Source: Amoebophrya sp. A120
Lineage: Eukaryota > Protista > Dinoflagellata
Length of the DNA stretch: 64,000 bases
Reading direction: 5' to 3'
Assembly (NCBI GenBank): GCA_905178155.1
Contig: CAJINV010000003.1
Coordinates: 11,520,733 to 11,584,732 of the forward strand
Below the pieces are notes generated by a model. It saw only the letters and a list, made by a program, of their open reading frames with translations, searched no databases and was not told the DNA's origin. Below, one piece after another: positions 36,201 to 48,794 of the stretch (position 1 is its first letter; each line of letters begins with the position of its first letter). The position numbers were made by a program, and so were the translations under genes.

Positions 36201-39200
36201 GGAATGCGACTTCCCGCGGAGGGAGCTGTAGGCGGTTTCCGCCACGTAGGAAAGGCCGTGGTCCAACACCATCTGTGTATCGTAAGGAAAAACCCCCCCT
36301 CCCCATATCGAAAACGTATCCGTCTGAAAATTTGTGATGCGCATTTGCGACCTCAAATCCTGTCTGTCTTGCAAGAAGGCAAGCCCAGAAAGCGTTCCGC
36401 ATTTTGCAGGCGGTTTGTGATGCTGCTTCGCTTAGAGCATACACGTTTGCCATGCTAGGCGCCTACGTCAAAACCTATCGACTGAGGCTTGGCATATGCC
36501 TGCACTCCTCTACTGCAAGACAAATCTGATTTGTGTATGAAAATCCAGCATCAGAGACTTCGTTTCGATATGGGGAGGGGGGATTTTTCCTTACAATACT
36601 GTGCGTTGAAGGGCTTCAGGGAGAAGTCCGTGTCGTCAATGTCGGTCCTCTTCACGGTTTTCGCCCGTTGGAACTTATCAAATGCAAAAATGTCTGGGTC
36701 TGGAAGATTCTGACACTTGTTATGCACGTTTTGTATGAGCCCTAATGTCTGTGATGCATGCCCTAGCATCACAGATTTTTTGAAAGCTTCTTGATGCCTA
36801 TTCCGCATGACAAATGCCCTCTCCACGTAGCAAAAAACGCATTCCTTTTGGTACTCATGCAATACAGATTTTTCTGGAATCCAAATGCAGCATCACAAGT
36901 TGCGTTCTTCCAGACCCAGACATTTTTACATTTGTATTTGATAGAACTCACCGAATTCCAGTTCCGTTTGCCGTCGGGACCCAGTGGACGCGGCCCGCGC
37001 GTACTGGGACCGCACGGCGGGGAAATTGTTGTTGTTCGTGTTGGCTCCTCCTGCAAAGGAAGAACTAGTACCGGGCATCAGTTGCTTCTTTTTCGAAGTA
37101 GAATTTTTCCTCGAAATATCAACCGTCGAGTCCGGCCTCTCGTAGCCGTCGGAGGAAAATTTCGAGACGTCCGCCCGGCTCCCGGTCGACGCGGCCGCGC
37201 GCGTGGCGTCGCCCGCCGGGGCCGCTTCGGCTGCGGACTCCCGCGTGGCACTTGAAGTAGATGTGTCGCCGCCCAACCCCATGCGGAGCAGGTGGCGGCC
37301 GACCTCGCTGTGGTCGGGCGGCGGCGCGGCGTGCACCTCGTCCTCCTTGTCGCGAAAGAGATACCCGTTCGTATCCCGATCGTTGTACCCCTTCACCACG
37401 TGTCTCAGCCCAGTGGACTTCCGTTTCTCCTGGTGCTTGTCCGTATCCGTGACGCCCACGACTGCTTCTTGGTTGGCGTTCTGCTTCTGCGTCAGCGCGT
37501 CGGAGGAATGGCCAACCAGCTCCGCCGTCAGCCCCCGCTGCATCGTGATCCGCGAATCACTTTCCGTCGTCATCCCCCGTTGCAGCGCGAGCGGGTTTTT
37601 GGTTTGATAATCACCCCCCGCTCCGTACAAACTCGCGCCCGTGATCTGCAGGGACGCGCCAAGCGACGACCCGCGGTTCGCGGAGATTCTCTCCCCGTCC
37701 AGCCCCTGGCGCTGCGCGCGCACCGCCGCGAGCGACCACGCGAGCACGAAGACGGTTTGGAGGAGGAAGATTAGTGGTAAAATCTGTTGCGTCCCGTTGT
37801 TCGCAACCATGTCGTCCACCGCGAGAATTTCCCCGATCGTGCGCAAGCTGACCCAGCCGGGGAAACTGGTGGAGTACGCTTGCAACACGAGGAGAAAAAT
37901 CGAGCAGATAGTGATGGAAAAAAACCCAATTGTTTGGCAGAACCAGAGCACGTGGTCCTCGATTCCGCACTCCAGCCCGTAGCCCAACTTGTACAATTCC
38001 GCCAGCAACATCGTGTCCAGCGACGGGATCTCCGAAAACCGCGGGCCGATATCAAATGCAAAAATGTCTGGGTCTGGAAGAGTGTAAACTTGTCATGCAG
38101 GTTTTTCATGACCCATGAGGTCTGGAATGCGGGACCTAGCATGACAGAGTCTGTGAGGTCTCTGCCATGCCTATCCTGCATGAGAAACTCCCTCCAAACT
38201 TGGTCGAAAGTGGACAGCTTTTGGCACTCATGCAACACAGATTCCTGCATGATTCGGATTTAGCATGACAAGCTGCAATCTTCCAGACCCAGACATTTTT
38301 GCAATCCATAGCCGAAGGACTCGGACAAATTCACCGAGGCGTCGTCCTTGATCATTTGCACGGACTGCCGCAACCCCTGCTCCGTGAAGGACAGACGAAT
38401 AGTGCTGCTCGGCGGCAAGTTGATACTGGCGCCGAACAGCGTTTTCCCCTGCGCGAACTTCGGAAATTTCCGCACCACGTCGGGCGTGATCGCCGCCGCA
38501 TCTTGGTAGCAGCACGCAACCGTATCAAATGTAAAAATGTCTGGGTCTGGGAACTTGTGATGCTGGGTAGCGTCTCATGATGAGGCTGCAAATGCTGGCT
38601 CAGCATGACAAGTTTCTGAGCTCCTAGGTGGTGCCTATTCCGCATGACAAACTGCGCTTCTGCATCACAGAAAAGCGCAGCTCTTGGGTAACGTGCATGA
38701 CAGATTTAAGAGTCATGCCAGACAAGCATGACAAACATGAATTCTTCCAGACCCAGACATTTTGACAGTTGATAAACCGCGGTCCAGAGCAACGTCGCGA
38801 CGCGGTTTTGCTCGTACCAAATGAAGAACAAAGAGAACGCGGAAACCAGGATTTCCGGGACGAGGACAAAAATCGCGGCCATGTTGAGGTTCACGTCCGC
38901 GGTGACGACGCAGCAGAGCAACAGGGTCAGGAAGCCGGAGAAGAGACTTGCCATCCGCATCAATTTCAGCAGGCTCGTCTTCTTGAACGCCGTCTTCTGG
39001 TAGAGCGCGTGGTACCGGAAAATCCCCAGCAAAACCTGCACCGCGGCGAGCGCTTGGAGGTTCGTCAGGAAACTCTGCTCCTCCTGCGACGAGCTGAAGT
39101 AGGGCCCGACGGGGTTCAAATAGGACAGCACGGACTTCGGGGAGAAGGGGAGGGAGTTGAAGTCAAACTGCTGCAGTTCGTAGGGCAGGAAACTGAAGAC

Positions 39201-40055
39201 CTTCTGCTTGGTGGGGTCGATCAGAGCGTGCCCGAGGTACTCCCCGACCGCCTATCAAAGTGAAAAATCCCCCCTGTCCATATGAAAGCCGAAATCTGTG
39301 GTGCGGGATTTTTGTACACAGTTCCAATCTGTCTAGCAGTAGAGGACTGCAGGCAGATGCAGCGCCTGAGTAGGGGCGTTTTGCTGTAGGCACCTAGCAA
39401 GGCAGGCATATCCTCTGTAGGCGATACAGCATTACAAAGTGCCTGCGCAACGCGGCTGATTCTCTGGCTTTGCCCTCTTGCAATACAACAGGGCCGATTT
39501 GTGGTCTCAAATCAGCATCACAAATTTTCAGTAGTGCCCCTTTTTGGTATGGGAAGGGAGGATTTTTCCTCACAATACCGCCGTCGCGGTCTCTTCCACG
39601 CCGTTGCGGCAGGTGTTGACGTTGGAGAAGGACAAAGGCGCGCACACCAGTTCGGCCGCCTTGTCCTCGGGTAACAAAGCCGCCGCGAGCGGGTAGCCGG
39701 CGAACCGCAAGACTTCCGCCGGGGTGCGAACGAGCAGGTTAAACGGCCCCTTCACGAAGATGTTGTCCCGCATCTGGTCCACGTCGTACAGCTGTTTCCC
39801 GGGGGGCAGAATCTTGTAGAAGAAATACGGGTCGAGGAGCACAAACACGAAGAACAGATTGTACAGCAACCCCAGAAACTCCGTGAACTCGATCATGTCG
39901 GGGCAGTGGAACTGCAATTGCTCGTCGTCCCAGATGTCGTCCAATTCAGAAGAAGTCGTGGAATCGAGGGACTCCGACCGCTGCCGCGCCGCAAATGATC
40001 CAGGAGACTTCGGGGAGTCCGGGACGGTCTGGCGGCCAAAGATGGAATTCGCCAT
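33228..40055 (-). CDS. Large multi-pass membrane protein of unknown function (~10 exons)
   Basis: Many hydrophobic helices (e.g. FLGLLYNLFFVFVLL, FFSITICSIFLLVLQ, ILAQLGIFAVLLSWVW). ORFs join in frame by removing 7 introners and 2 GT-AG introns (LAE|VTAL, NLS|ALSW). Start and end uncertain. Confidence 0.65.
34103..34251. mobile_element. Introner, family D (149 bp)
   Basis: TATGAACTGCAAAAGTATCGT / ACGATACTTTTGCACAGGATA. Perfect TSD TAAAG. Confidence 0.92.
34324..34587. mobile_element. Introner, family A (264 bp)
   Basis: TATGGAATGCAAAAATGTCTGGGTCTGGAA / TTCCAGACCCAGACATTTTTGCAATCCATA. Perfect TSD TCCAG. Confidence 0.95.
36278..36598. mobile_element. Introner, family B (321 bp)
   Basis: TATCGTAAGGAAAAACCCCCCCTCCCCATATCG / CGATATGGGGAGGGGGGATTTTTCCTTACAATA. 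Perfect TSD CTGTG. Confidence 0.95.
36676..36943. mobile_element. Introner, family A (268 bp)
   Basis: Family A TIRs, with a short TTTGTA duplication in the right TIR. Perfect TSD GAACT. Confidence 0.93.
38050..38310. mobile_element. Introner, family A (261 bp)
   Basis: Family A TIRs. Perfect TSD GCCGA. Confidence 0.95.
38523..38774. mobile_element. Introner, family A (252 bp)
   Basis: Family A TIRs. Perfect TSD AACCG. Confidence 0.93.
39253..39577. mobile_element. Introner, family B (325 bp)
   Basis: TATCAAAGTGAAAAATCCCCCC / GGGAGGATTTTTCCTCACAATA. Perfect TSD CCGCC. Confidence 0.9.
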
Positions 40056-42168
40056 GCGCCCGAAGAAACCGAAGGCGGAAGCGCGGGCGGGGGCGGACTG
40101 TCGTCGTGATAGGGTTTACTTTGTTCTTGTTCCTATGCCATGCGATGAAAAGCGACAGTTTTAGCAGGAAAAGAACTAGGCATACAGCATGTAAAAATGA
40201 TCGCATACCGTGAACGAGCCTTATACAGAGGAATTGGAAAAATACTAAAACAAAAATGAAAGTCTATTTTATACCCCCTTATCCTCCTTTTTCGCTCCAC
40301 GTTTCGACTGCGCCCTCTGCGACCCGGCCCAGGAACCCGCCCGGCCGTCCCGGTAGTCGGGTTGGTCAAAACCACCGGACATTGACTGGATGGAGTCGTA
40401 ATCGAGCGGCATTTTTTAGAATTTATTCCGCGGCGCCGAAAGAGTGCAATAGTCTTCCGTATCCTGTTGAATAAAAAGTGGCGAGTTGGAATTTAATATT
40501 TCAAGAGAGAATGATAAAACTAGCCGTAGTCAAGATGACCGGAGGGGATTCTCAATCACTGGTGAGGAAGGGGTTTTTTTTGGCGAAAATTTCTAGTTAG
40601 CAAAACGAAAAGTGGCAAAAATGAACCACGGCTAGTAGAAGCAGCCAGCTCGTGGATTTGTGTTTGTGTACCACCACGCGACAACGACAAAGGACGACAA
40701 ACGACCGGGTGTATCTATGAACGACTGATAAATTCTTTCCAAATTGCACGAGGAATAAGAACCGATAGTTCATTTGTACCACAAAAGTTGTGTAGGCATG
40801 ATCAATGACACCGAAGCAGAGTCGCTGGTTGTTGCAGAGGTTGCACGATAGCCTCAAACCTGTCAACATATTACCGACGTGCGTACTCGGTTTTATAGTG
40901 TTGCACGAACCGAAGAACTGGCTTCTGAGAAATGCAAAAACCGAAGTGCAGAAGCAGATGATAATCATGATATATCCTGTAACTACGTCTACGTCTATTT
41001 CGACTTCAGTGAAAAAATACAGCACAATAGACAAGCGAAATCGCTGACCTTGTGGCGCCTTGTCGACCATCATGATCCCGCCATGTGTGTCGAGGCTTGT
41101 AAACCAGTTGCTTTTATTGTGTCTGTTGCAACTAGTGTATAAATGTCGCACATTTTTTGTTCATCACACGTTCTATTTCGTCCTTTGCAACGACCTCGAG
41201 CTCGTTTGGATAACCCATGATCTTTCTAAAGCTGTATTCTCATACAAATCTGAATCTTGTGACAATTTCCTATTGCTAATGTTTATCTGATGAAACGGAT
41301 ATTAGTTCTGTACCCCGACAAAGTAGAGGTTTTGGTTGTGAACCAGTTCGAAACAAAGTGAATCGAAACTCTTGCGCGTTGTGATGCATTTTGTGTTGTC
41401 TTAGTTCTGCTCGGCTAATACTGCTGGATAAGCAGATGACAAAACAATAGCAAACTCTTAGTTCACAATTCAACCTTTCTTCGCTTTAACCTAGGGGGTG
41501 TAGGATGGTGAAAACATAATAGTAGATTTATTTGTTACTGTACAAAGCATTTGCATAATGAAAATTTTTAACACGCTTCTGAACTTGTTCTATCTCTAAA
41601 ACTCTGCGGACGATGGTGCCATATCATCTGGCGATTCGATTTGCGATTGGATGTTATAACGATAAAGAATAAGGTCTGATTTATTTTGTCTGATTAACTT
41701 TAACTGCTATCACCTGATAGGTTTCTCCTGCTATATAATGTCTGATATCTAGCAAAGTCTGATTTCTCTTCCAATAAAAGTCTGAATTCTCCTGCTCGTC
41801 TGATGAAGCCAATCTGAAGGAGGCTTTTCTGTTTTCACAAGGACCCTCTTTGCAGTGAAAGTTGTGCTATTTTTCTTCACGCTGGAAGTGTTTTCTAGTT
41901 TCTCACGCTCCTGTACTTTTGCTATTCAATTTGGAAGGCAAAAACCACAAATCTTCAGTTCGAAAAGTTCTTTCTACATGATGCTATTTCATCTCGGCCG
42001 GAGATTTGCTGCAAGAACGTGGACTCGCATCTTGTCGACGTTGCTTGTTAACAAGAAGTTTGATACAGTAGTTTTTCCTGCTTCTATCGGTTGAAACTCA
42101 TGTAACAAAATTTCACCGCGCGGAACAGTGAGACCAACCGGAACTGTAGTGCGAGCAGCAGAATCAGT

Positions 42169-45100
42169 TTAGGCAAAGAGCAGCTTCATGTCGATGTCCG
42201 TCGACTCCGGGGTGCAGTACTTGCGCAGCAGCGTGATAATTTCCTGGTCCACCAGGCAGCCCATCTTTTGCAGGTCATCCGGCGAGTAGCACCCCTCGAG
42301 CCCGAGGCCTTCCTTTTCGAGGTAGGCTTTCAGCCGGGCCGCCACACGCGTCACGTCGGCGTACGGGAAGCTGCGAGTTGTAGAGTTGTTTAGTTGTTAC
42401 GTGCTGGTGTCGGGAGGCGCATGAGTACAATCAGCATCTGCTATCATGCATCGTCCGCATACATGATTGGGCGCGCTAAAGTTTGGTGAAGACCATTTGC
42501 CATGCAATAACACGACTATCACTATAGGAAACAAGCAGTTGTCTATTTTTATACTCTTCCGGGTGCTGTTCCATGTAGGCGAGAGAGTACTCGTCCGGTC
42601 GGAGCAGGCGGAATTCGACGGATGAAACGGTGATCATGTTGCCGACGAAGAAATCCGTAGACTTGTACCTGATAACGATTAGAAAAATTATGTATCTCAG
42701 CAAATCATGATGACCAATAGAATTTTAGCACTACAACCCATAGGTACCTCCTGCAACCATGCATTCGGAAAGTTCTCAGCCGCTGCGAACAGCATGAAAC
42801 ACCGCGACGAACCCAGCAAACAAGAAATCGATTGATAGATACCAAGTGCCCGTCTTCGGGTTCCTCTTTCTCTCCCTCTGCGCGAACTTGCCCTCCATGA
42901 ACCCGGAATTTCTTCGCTTCATTTCGTAGCAGGCCATGGTGTCCGTGCCGAGGTAGTAGGCGATAATGAATTTCCTGTCGGTATCTTCTGGGTACACCGG
43001 GTTGGCGATTTCGGCTTCGAAGCGCAGGATCATCGCGGCCTTGGTCATCATCTTGCGCAAGTCCTGCTTTGGCGGCTTCGGCATCAAAGTAAGGCAACCT
43101 GGGGACGATAGGGTAGTAGAGTTGCGTTGACGAGGTCACAAATGATTTTGAGTTCTAATAGCAGTATGTGGCGGGGGTATTAAAAGTGTTTTTGTCATTA
43201 TAGAGAAGAACCACGAGCCGCACTTAATAAAAACAAGTTCAGTACTTCCGAGACTGTCTTCCTCCGTGCCGACGCCCACGTGCGGTGGAATAGGCATTGG
43301 CATGGCGTAGCTCTTCGGCTCTGGAATGGTAATCGCCGTGAAGTCCTTGTTGTACCTAGTTTTTATTTTTGTGTTTGTCATGCGATAGAGGGCCAGGGCA
43401 TACAAGGAAATACAACAAGGCTGCCCTTCGCATCACAATTTTTTCTCTAGGTAGTACTAGTATCAGAAAAGCATGATAAATCTCCACTGGTTTGTCCTTG
43501 CTTGTTTGCCATGACAGAGCAAGTAAAAGTCTTATATCCATGTTTATCTGGTAATGTGTAAATTTATACCATGTCTTGTAGAACTCCTTGGTGAAGGGAT
43601 CGCAGTCGTAAATTTGCAGTTCCCGGCCGAAGACCGAAAGACTGCCGCCAACCTCCAAGTCAATCGGGAGGTAGACCTCTGGTTTTGGCTCCAACATACC
43701 CGGCAGGATCTTGTACAGAGGCTCCTTCTTGAGCGGACCTTATTTTTTGTTGTCAGGAAACAACGTGGAAAAGGAAATCGTACAACCAGGATCGTGAGCA
43801 TGCGAAAACCAGATGCTAGCGCAACAAGAAGTAGTGATGGTTAACAAGTCAATGGGGACAACTTTGGCGACCTATCCACCTGAATGCAGCAAGAACACGA
43901 ATAGAAAAAAAAAACACATTCTAACAATACCTTTCTTGAAGAACACCGGATAGGGGTCCCGACCGGAATTTCTAATGTGGTTGTCCGCAATCTGGATGTT
44001 GTTATCGGCGAGGAAGAAGGAGAGTGTGTAGTACGTCCTGCACCCGTACACCGTCTTGTCGTCCCAGTAGCAGTAAAAGCGCAACACTCGGAGGTCGTTC
44101 TTAAGAAACTGTTCCAGCTTGTTGTTGGTGCCACGGTTGCCGCCGATAGCCTGATGATTCGATGTTGATGGAATGATAATGAACGTAGTCTTTTTACAAA
44201 TTTTTTTGAACACTTCTTGGTAATTTACCAAAAGCGGCAAGACACCGCTGGCTCTATCACGCATCTACTTCGCAAACTGCGTGCAAAAATGATGAAAATC
44301 AAAGTTGTACAGTATACTACGTACCTTCTCGTTGTAAATTTGTCCCTCCACCACCTCGGTGTAGGTGGGCTTCTCCTCGTGCTCTTTGGCTGTTCGCTTC
44401 ATGGCGGTGAAGAAGTCCTCTGGGACATCCTCCTCCTGGCCGGCGTCAATGCCGTTCTTCTCGTAGTACCACCGGGTAAAGGCGTCGCACGCGACAATAC
44501 GATAGACGCGGGAGTAAATTTCGAGGTTCTGCCCGCACTTCAAGTCGTCGAGGCCTGGAGTTCATGTGTTGCAGTTTCGGTTTGGTTTCTCGCCCTTTGC
44601 ACGAATGATGATCCCATGAAGTAAAACGAAAATCAAAATGTGCGGATTCGCAGCTGCGCATGACATTATGGAAACACTCTGCTAGTACAGTCAAACAGAA
44701 ACATCTCTGTACCAAGAGTCCCTGATCCGTCCGCCCGCATGATGCAGTGTCTCGTGAGTAAAGCGCCACCCATGAGCCCGGCGTTCTGGACTTTTGACTC
44801 GGTCAGCTGCATGGTGCCGTCTTCCAAAAAGTACATAATGGTGACAAATCGCACCCGTGCGTTTTCTATGCATTGCAAAAGTATCGTACTAGTAGAAATC
44901 GCAATACAAATTTTTCCAGAAGGAAAAATGGAATTTGTAATGCTGATTTCGCTAAGAAACAAGACTTGTCATGCATGATTTCAATTAGTACGAGTACGAT
45001 ACTTTTGCACAGGATATTTTCGTAGTTTGACTCCGTTACGGACTCCTGCGTGTAGGCGAAGAATCGGCACACTTGTATGGAAGCGTCAAGATTGAAATCC

Positions 45101-46018
45101 TCAAAGTTGAAATAATTTCTCATGCAGAAATTGCAAGGCATGAAGTGCCTGTCTTGCAGGGATTGCACATGAGACCGATTGTGAGCCTGTTTGGGGTCTG
45201 CGATAGAGCTGCTAAAGTAGCATGGCAAAAGACTCCTTCCGTCCCTAAACAGCATGACAAACTGGATTTATACGGCGCCAAAAGTTGTCATGCACCGCTT
45301 GGAAATTGGGCTTCCAACTGGTATCGGTTTTATGCATTACAAACTATTTCAACTTTGACGATTTCAATCCTGACAGTTCCATAACTTGCTTGTCGTGCTT
45401 GATCCTGCGTTGTCGATAGTTGATTCTTTACGAATACAATCTATTTTGTCCCGTCTACTGCTCCAATTTTCCTCCCAAAAAGCATCTGCATCCTGCAACA
45501 ACACGTAAGTACAGTCCTAGGTTTTTGATCCATAAAGAGAAAGACGGAAACAAAGTGCGCAGTAAAGAATAGAAATAGATACCATGCTGGCCCATTCGAT
45601 GGAACGGCTTCTGCTCTTCGGATCGCCTGAAGTTCCTCTGGTGTGTACTTGATAAATTCCCGAGCCTTCATTTCATCGGTGAACCTGTTCGTGTTTTGTT
45701 TTGTGTACTATCGTGTGGTTTAGCAAAAATCTTCGCATATACAAATTTTCTGCTTAAAAGAACTCGCACTTGCCATATTACATAAGTAACTGCAATCTTT
45801 AAGTACCTCCAGTCCGCCTTCTCCATGGTGGAGCAGAGCTCCTTCGCTTCCTCTGCGTTGTATTCCGGCTCGTGCTGTGGAATCGGGAAATCGTACATGG
45901 TGTTTTTGAAGTAGCAGAGCTTCTGCGGCTTCGCCCGTCGCTCCTCGCCCTTCACCGGCATGGGGTGGTTGATGCTGTACCCCGGCAGCAGGGGGACGCC
46001 CGGCTTGCGAGTCGTCAT
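42169..46018 (-). CDS. EFHC1: EFHC1/Rib72-like axonemal protein with three DM10 domains (~12 exons)
   Basis: Motifs PLLPGY, PAWIKHDKQVCRFFAY, IMYFLEDGTM, VACDAFTRWYY, LRVLRFYCYWDD, FFLADNNIQI, NSGRDPYP, YDCDPFTKEFY, GTEEDSLGSC, PKPPKQD, RKFIIAYYL, RNSGFMEGKF and DEYSLAYME. Nine GT-AG introns and 2 introners. Confidence 0.9.
44867..45016. mobile_element. Introner, family D (150 bp)
   Basis: TATGCATTGCAAAAGTATCGTACT / AGTACGATACTTTTGCACAGGATA. Perfect TSD TTTTC. Frame YEN|ARVR. Confidence 0.93.
45076..45383. mobile_element. Introner, family E (308 bp)
   Basis: 39-bp TIR TATGGAAGCGTCAAGATTGAAATCCTCAAAGTTGAAATA (4 mismatches). Perfect TSD ACTTG. Confidence 0.92.
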
Positions 46019-47483
46019 CTTTGGTTTTATTCTCGTAAGCTAGATGTCCACTTCAGATTGTTCTTGAGAATTAATATTATGTTCCCGGGAAAAAAAAGAC
46101 GCTGTGACGTGAGTTGATAGTAGAAAGAATCGACTGTGATGGAGAAGTGACGGCGCTCTGTGCTCTTCCCCTTGTTCTTGTAACTGTAAATACGTTCTTG
46201 CTGCGAAAGAATAGATACGTGTTGCAACGAGCACGTGTACTGCAAGTAAACCACGTAGTTTTTGATTTCTGCAAGACGAACGAAAACTACACGAACGATC
46301 CAGATGGCATCAAGCTTTCGACGAAGAGCCACTCCGTACGGTTCGCACGTTTTTTTGTGTGGGACGATGCACGAAAAACGAGCTACACGTGAGTAACTAC
46401 TAGCCTGGAAGTGCTTACGAACGAGCTTTTGTTCCGCTCCTATTTTTTACGTCGAGCAGAAATAGGTGTAGGGGTGAAGATGACTACAACTCTGCAGAGC
46501 CTCACGCTCATCCGACGTTGCACGAAAATTTTCCTCGTAAACATACTCTCTTATACGTAGCTGGTTCACCTCTCGCACACAAAAAATCGAGGAGCCTCCA
46601 GACGACGACGGGACAGCACCATTACAACTTACGATGCAGTTCACATTTTGCACATGGAACGATTGGGCGAAGAACCCGGTTTTCAAGCAGGCGTCGCTTC
46701 GAGACAAATCAGCACAACGGCGCTGTTCGTTTCTTTGGATCGTACTAGTTTGGGTTTCGTATTTTAGCAGAAAGGTGGAGGTCCTTTTCGAGCGCGATCA
46801 GAATTCAAACAGCAAAAGATGCCAAAAAGTTCTCCACTCACGTCATCTCCAGTATCAAAACTACCTGACAATTCGCATCGAAAAAATGTAGGATGTCGGC
46901 GGTGGTCTCATCATGTATCTTTTTTATTCTTGTCGATTTATGTGAAAAGTCCGCCGATCAAAAGAGTTCGTTGTTCTCCTGATAGATGCCTACAGATAGG
47001 GCTCTGAAACTTCCAAACGCTCGCGAAAATTACAGTATGGCATAAAAAGGGCGCCGGCTGGTGTGATACTAATCTGTCATCAAAATAAAGCAAATTGCAG
47101 CACTAGACAGTTGCACTTTTGTTGTTACGACCGCGACGAAACAACTTACATGTAGCTTGTAGTTGCTGTAGTAGTGCTACAACCTCTAGCTCTGTTCGTC
47201 CCATCAAAAAGCGTCGGGCTCTTCAACGTCGGCAAGTGCTTGTGCTTCCTCTTCCAAAATGATCCATAGGTCTTCAATTTTTTTCCTCACCCAAAACAGA
47301 AGCTTCACTAGTTCATACTGTAGATCTGGAAGATGATCCAGAGTAGTAATCGTAACTGTGCCCGCATCCTCACTCAGCACTGCGGTGGACAGATGTTGCG
47401 TACAAAGTACATTTTAACATATGTTTACCTTCAGGCGGTCTATCTAAATTCATTGCTGTAGCGTAGATGGTGCACCTAGTAGC

Positions 47484-48794
47484 CTACATCATCCCGCCCA
47501 TCATGGTCATGTCAATTCCTCCCATGTGATCGAAGCCGCCTTTCTTACCAAAGCCCTTCGGCTTCCCGAATCCCTTACCAAACCCTTTTCCGAAGCCTTT
47601 TGGCTTACCCCAGCCAGACCCGTCGTCGAAGCCCTTGAAGCCTGACATAATTGAGGTAGCTAGTAGTCAGTTGTCATGAAGAAAATCATGACTCTGCATC
47701 TTCAGTCGAAAGAAACTTCTACCCGCCAGGGCGAACATAAAGGCGCGATGCTGGGAAAGGGAATGCATATGCAAGTGCAAAAATCACACAAGAATTAGTA
47801 GTAATACTGTCGTGTCTCTGTCATCGTATAATAATCTATACCGAACCCGCCGCCAAAGTGTGGCGGAAACCCAGCTCCCATGCCGCCAAAGTGCGCTGCG
47901 TCGCCAAAGAACGGGGGTGGTCCCATCCCGTGATATCCACCGCCCTTTCCAAAGCCGCCTTTGTGCTGGTTCTGCGCCTTGCCCTTCGCAATGAATTCGC
48001 TCATTGGCATTCCCGAGCCGCCGGTTACCTCCATTGCAACCGGTTTGTTTTTCTGACCGTCCATACCAACCAAGTAGGTGACCTCATCGCCCGACTGAAG
48101 TGAATTACCTGCAAACAGTGTATAAATCAATGCGAAGCAACAAGCTACCGCTTTGGCTTTGCCCTTTTGTATGACAAACAAAACATCGTCCTCCTCCTCG
48201 CGCAAAAGAATCATTATCATACATTCATATAGTATTTCGCAGCATGATGATGATGTACCCAACTGTGGGGTCTACACTGTAATTTAAAAAAATCAGTGTT
48301 CCTGTGGTGCGCTATCGCTGTCTGATTGCACTTGATCAATGAGCACTTCTGTCTCTTTTTTCATTTTCTTCTTAGCACAACGCTCCTCATGTTTTTCCAT
48401 CATGCCGATTTTCTTCGCGAGGGAGTGGGAGTCGTAGCAAATCGGCTGCCCTGCTTCGGCGATCTGCTTCTTGTATTTGCTCTTGCAGATTTTGCAGCGC
48501 CTAGGCCTTTGTTGATTTTGCGAGCAGAAGAAGCTAGGCCTTTGATGTCCTCTCAAAGAGTGAGCTGCAAGTTCTTGCAGTGCTACTTCCAACAAAAATC
48601 ATACCTTTGATCTCCTTGCTGTGGACGAAAATTTCTTTGTTGTCTGGCTGCACGATAAATCCGTAGCCCTTTGTGGAGAAAAACTTCACTGTCCCCGTTT
48701 GCCTCTCGTTGGTCGCAGCAGCGGTTGCGGCCGTGGCGGGGGCGGCCGTTTGCGGAGCAACACCGGGGTCCTGTACCTCCTGATCACCAGCCAT
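47484..48794 (-). CDS. Cold-shock domain protein with Gly/Phe/Lys-rich tail (3 exons)
   Basis: QTGTVKFFSTKGYGFI...EIFVHSKEIK|GNSLQSGDEVTY...KPVAMEVTG and a GKGFGKGF tail. GT-AG introns at 48109-48604 and 47642-47841. Confidence 0.9.

Noticed and set aside
40805-41047. LHDSLKPVNIL resembling a kinase catalytic loop on the plus strand
   Set aside because: No HRD, DFG or other subdomains; probably chance.
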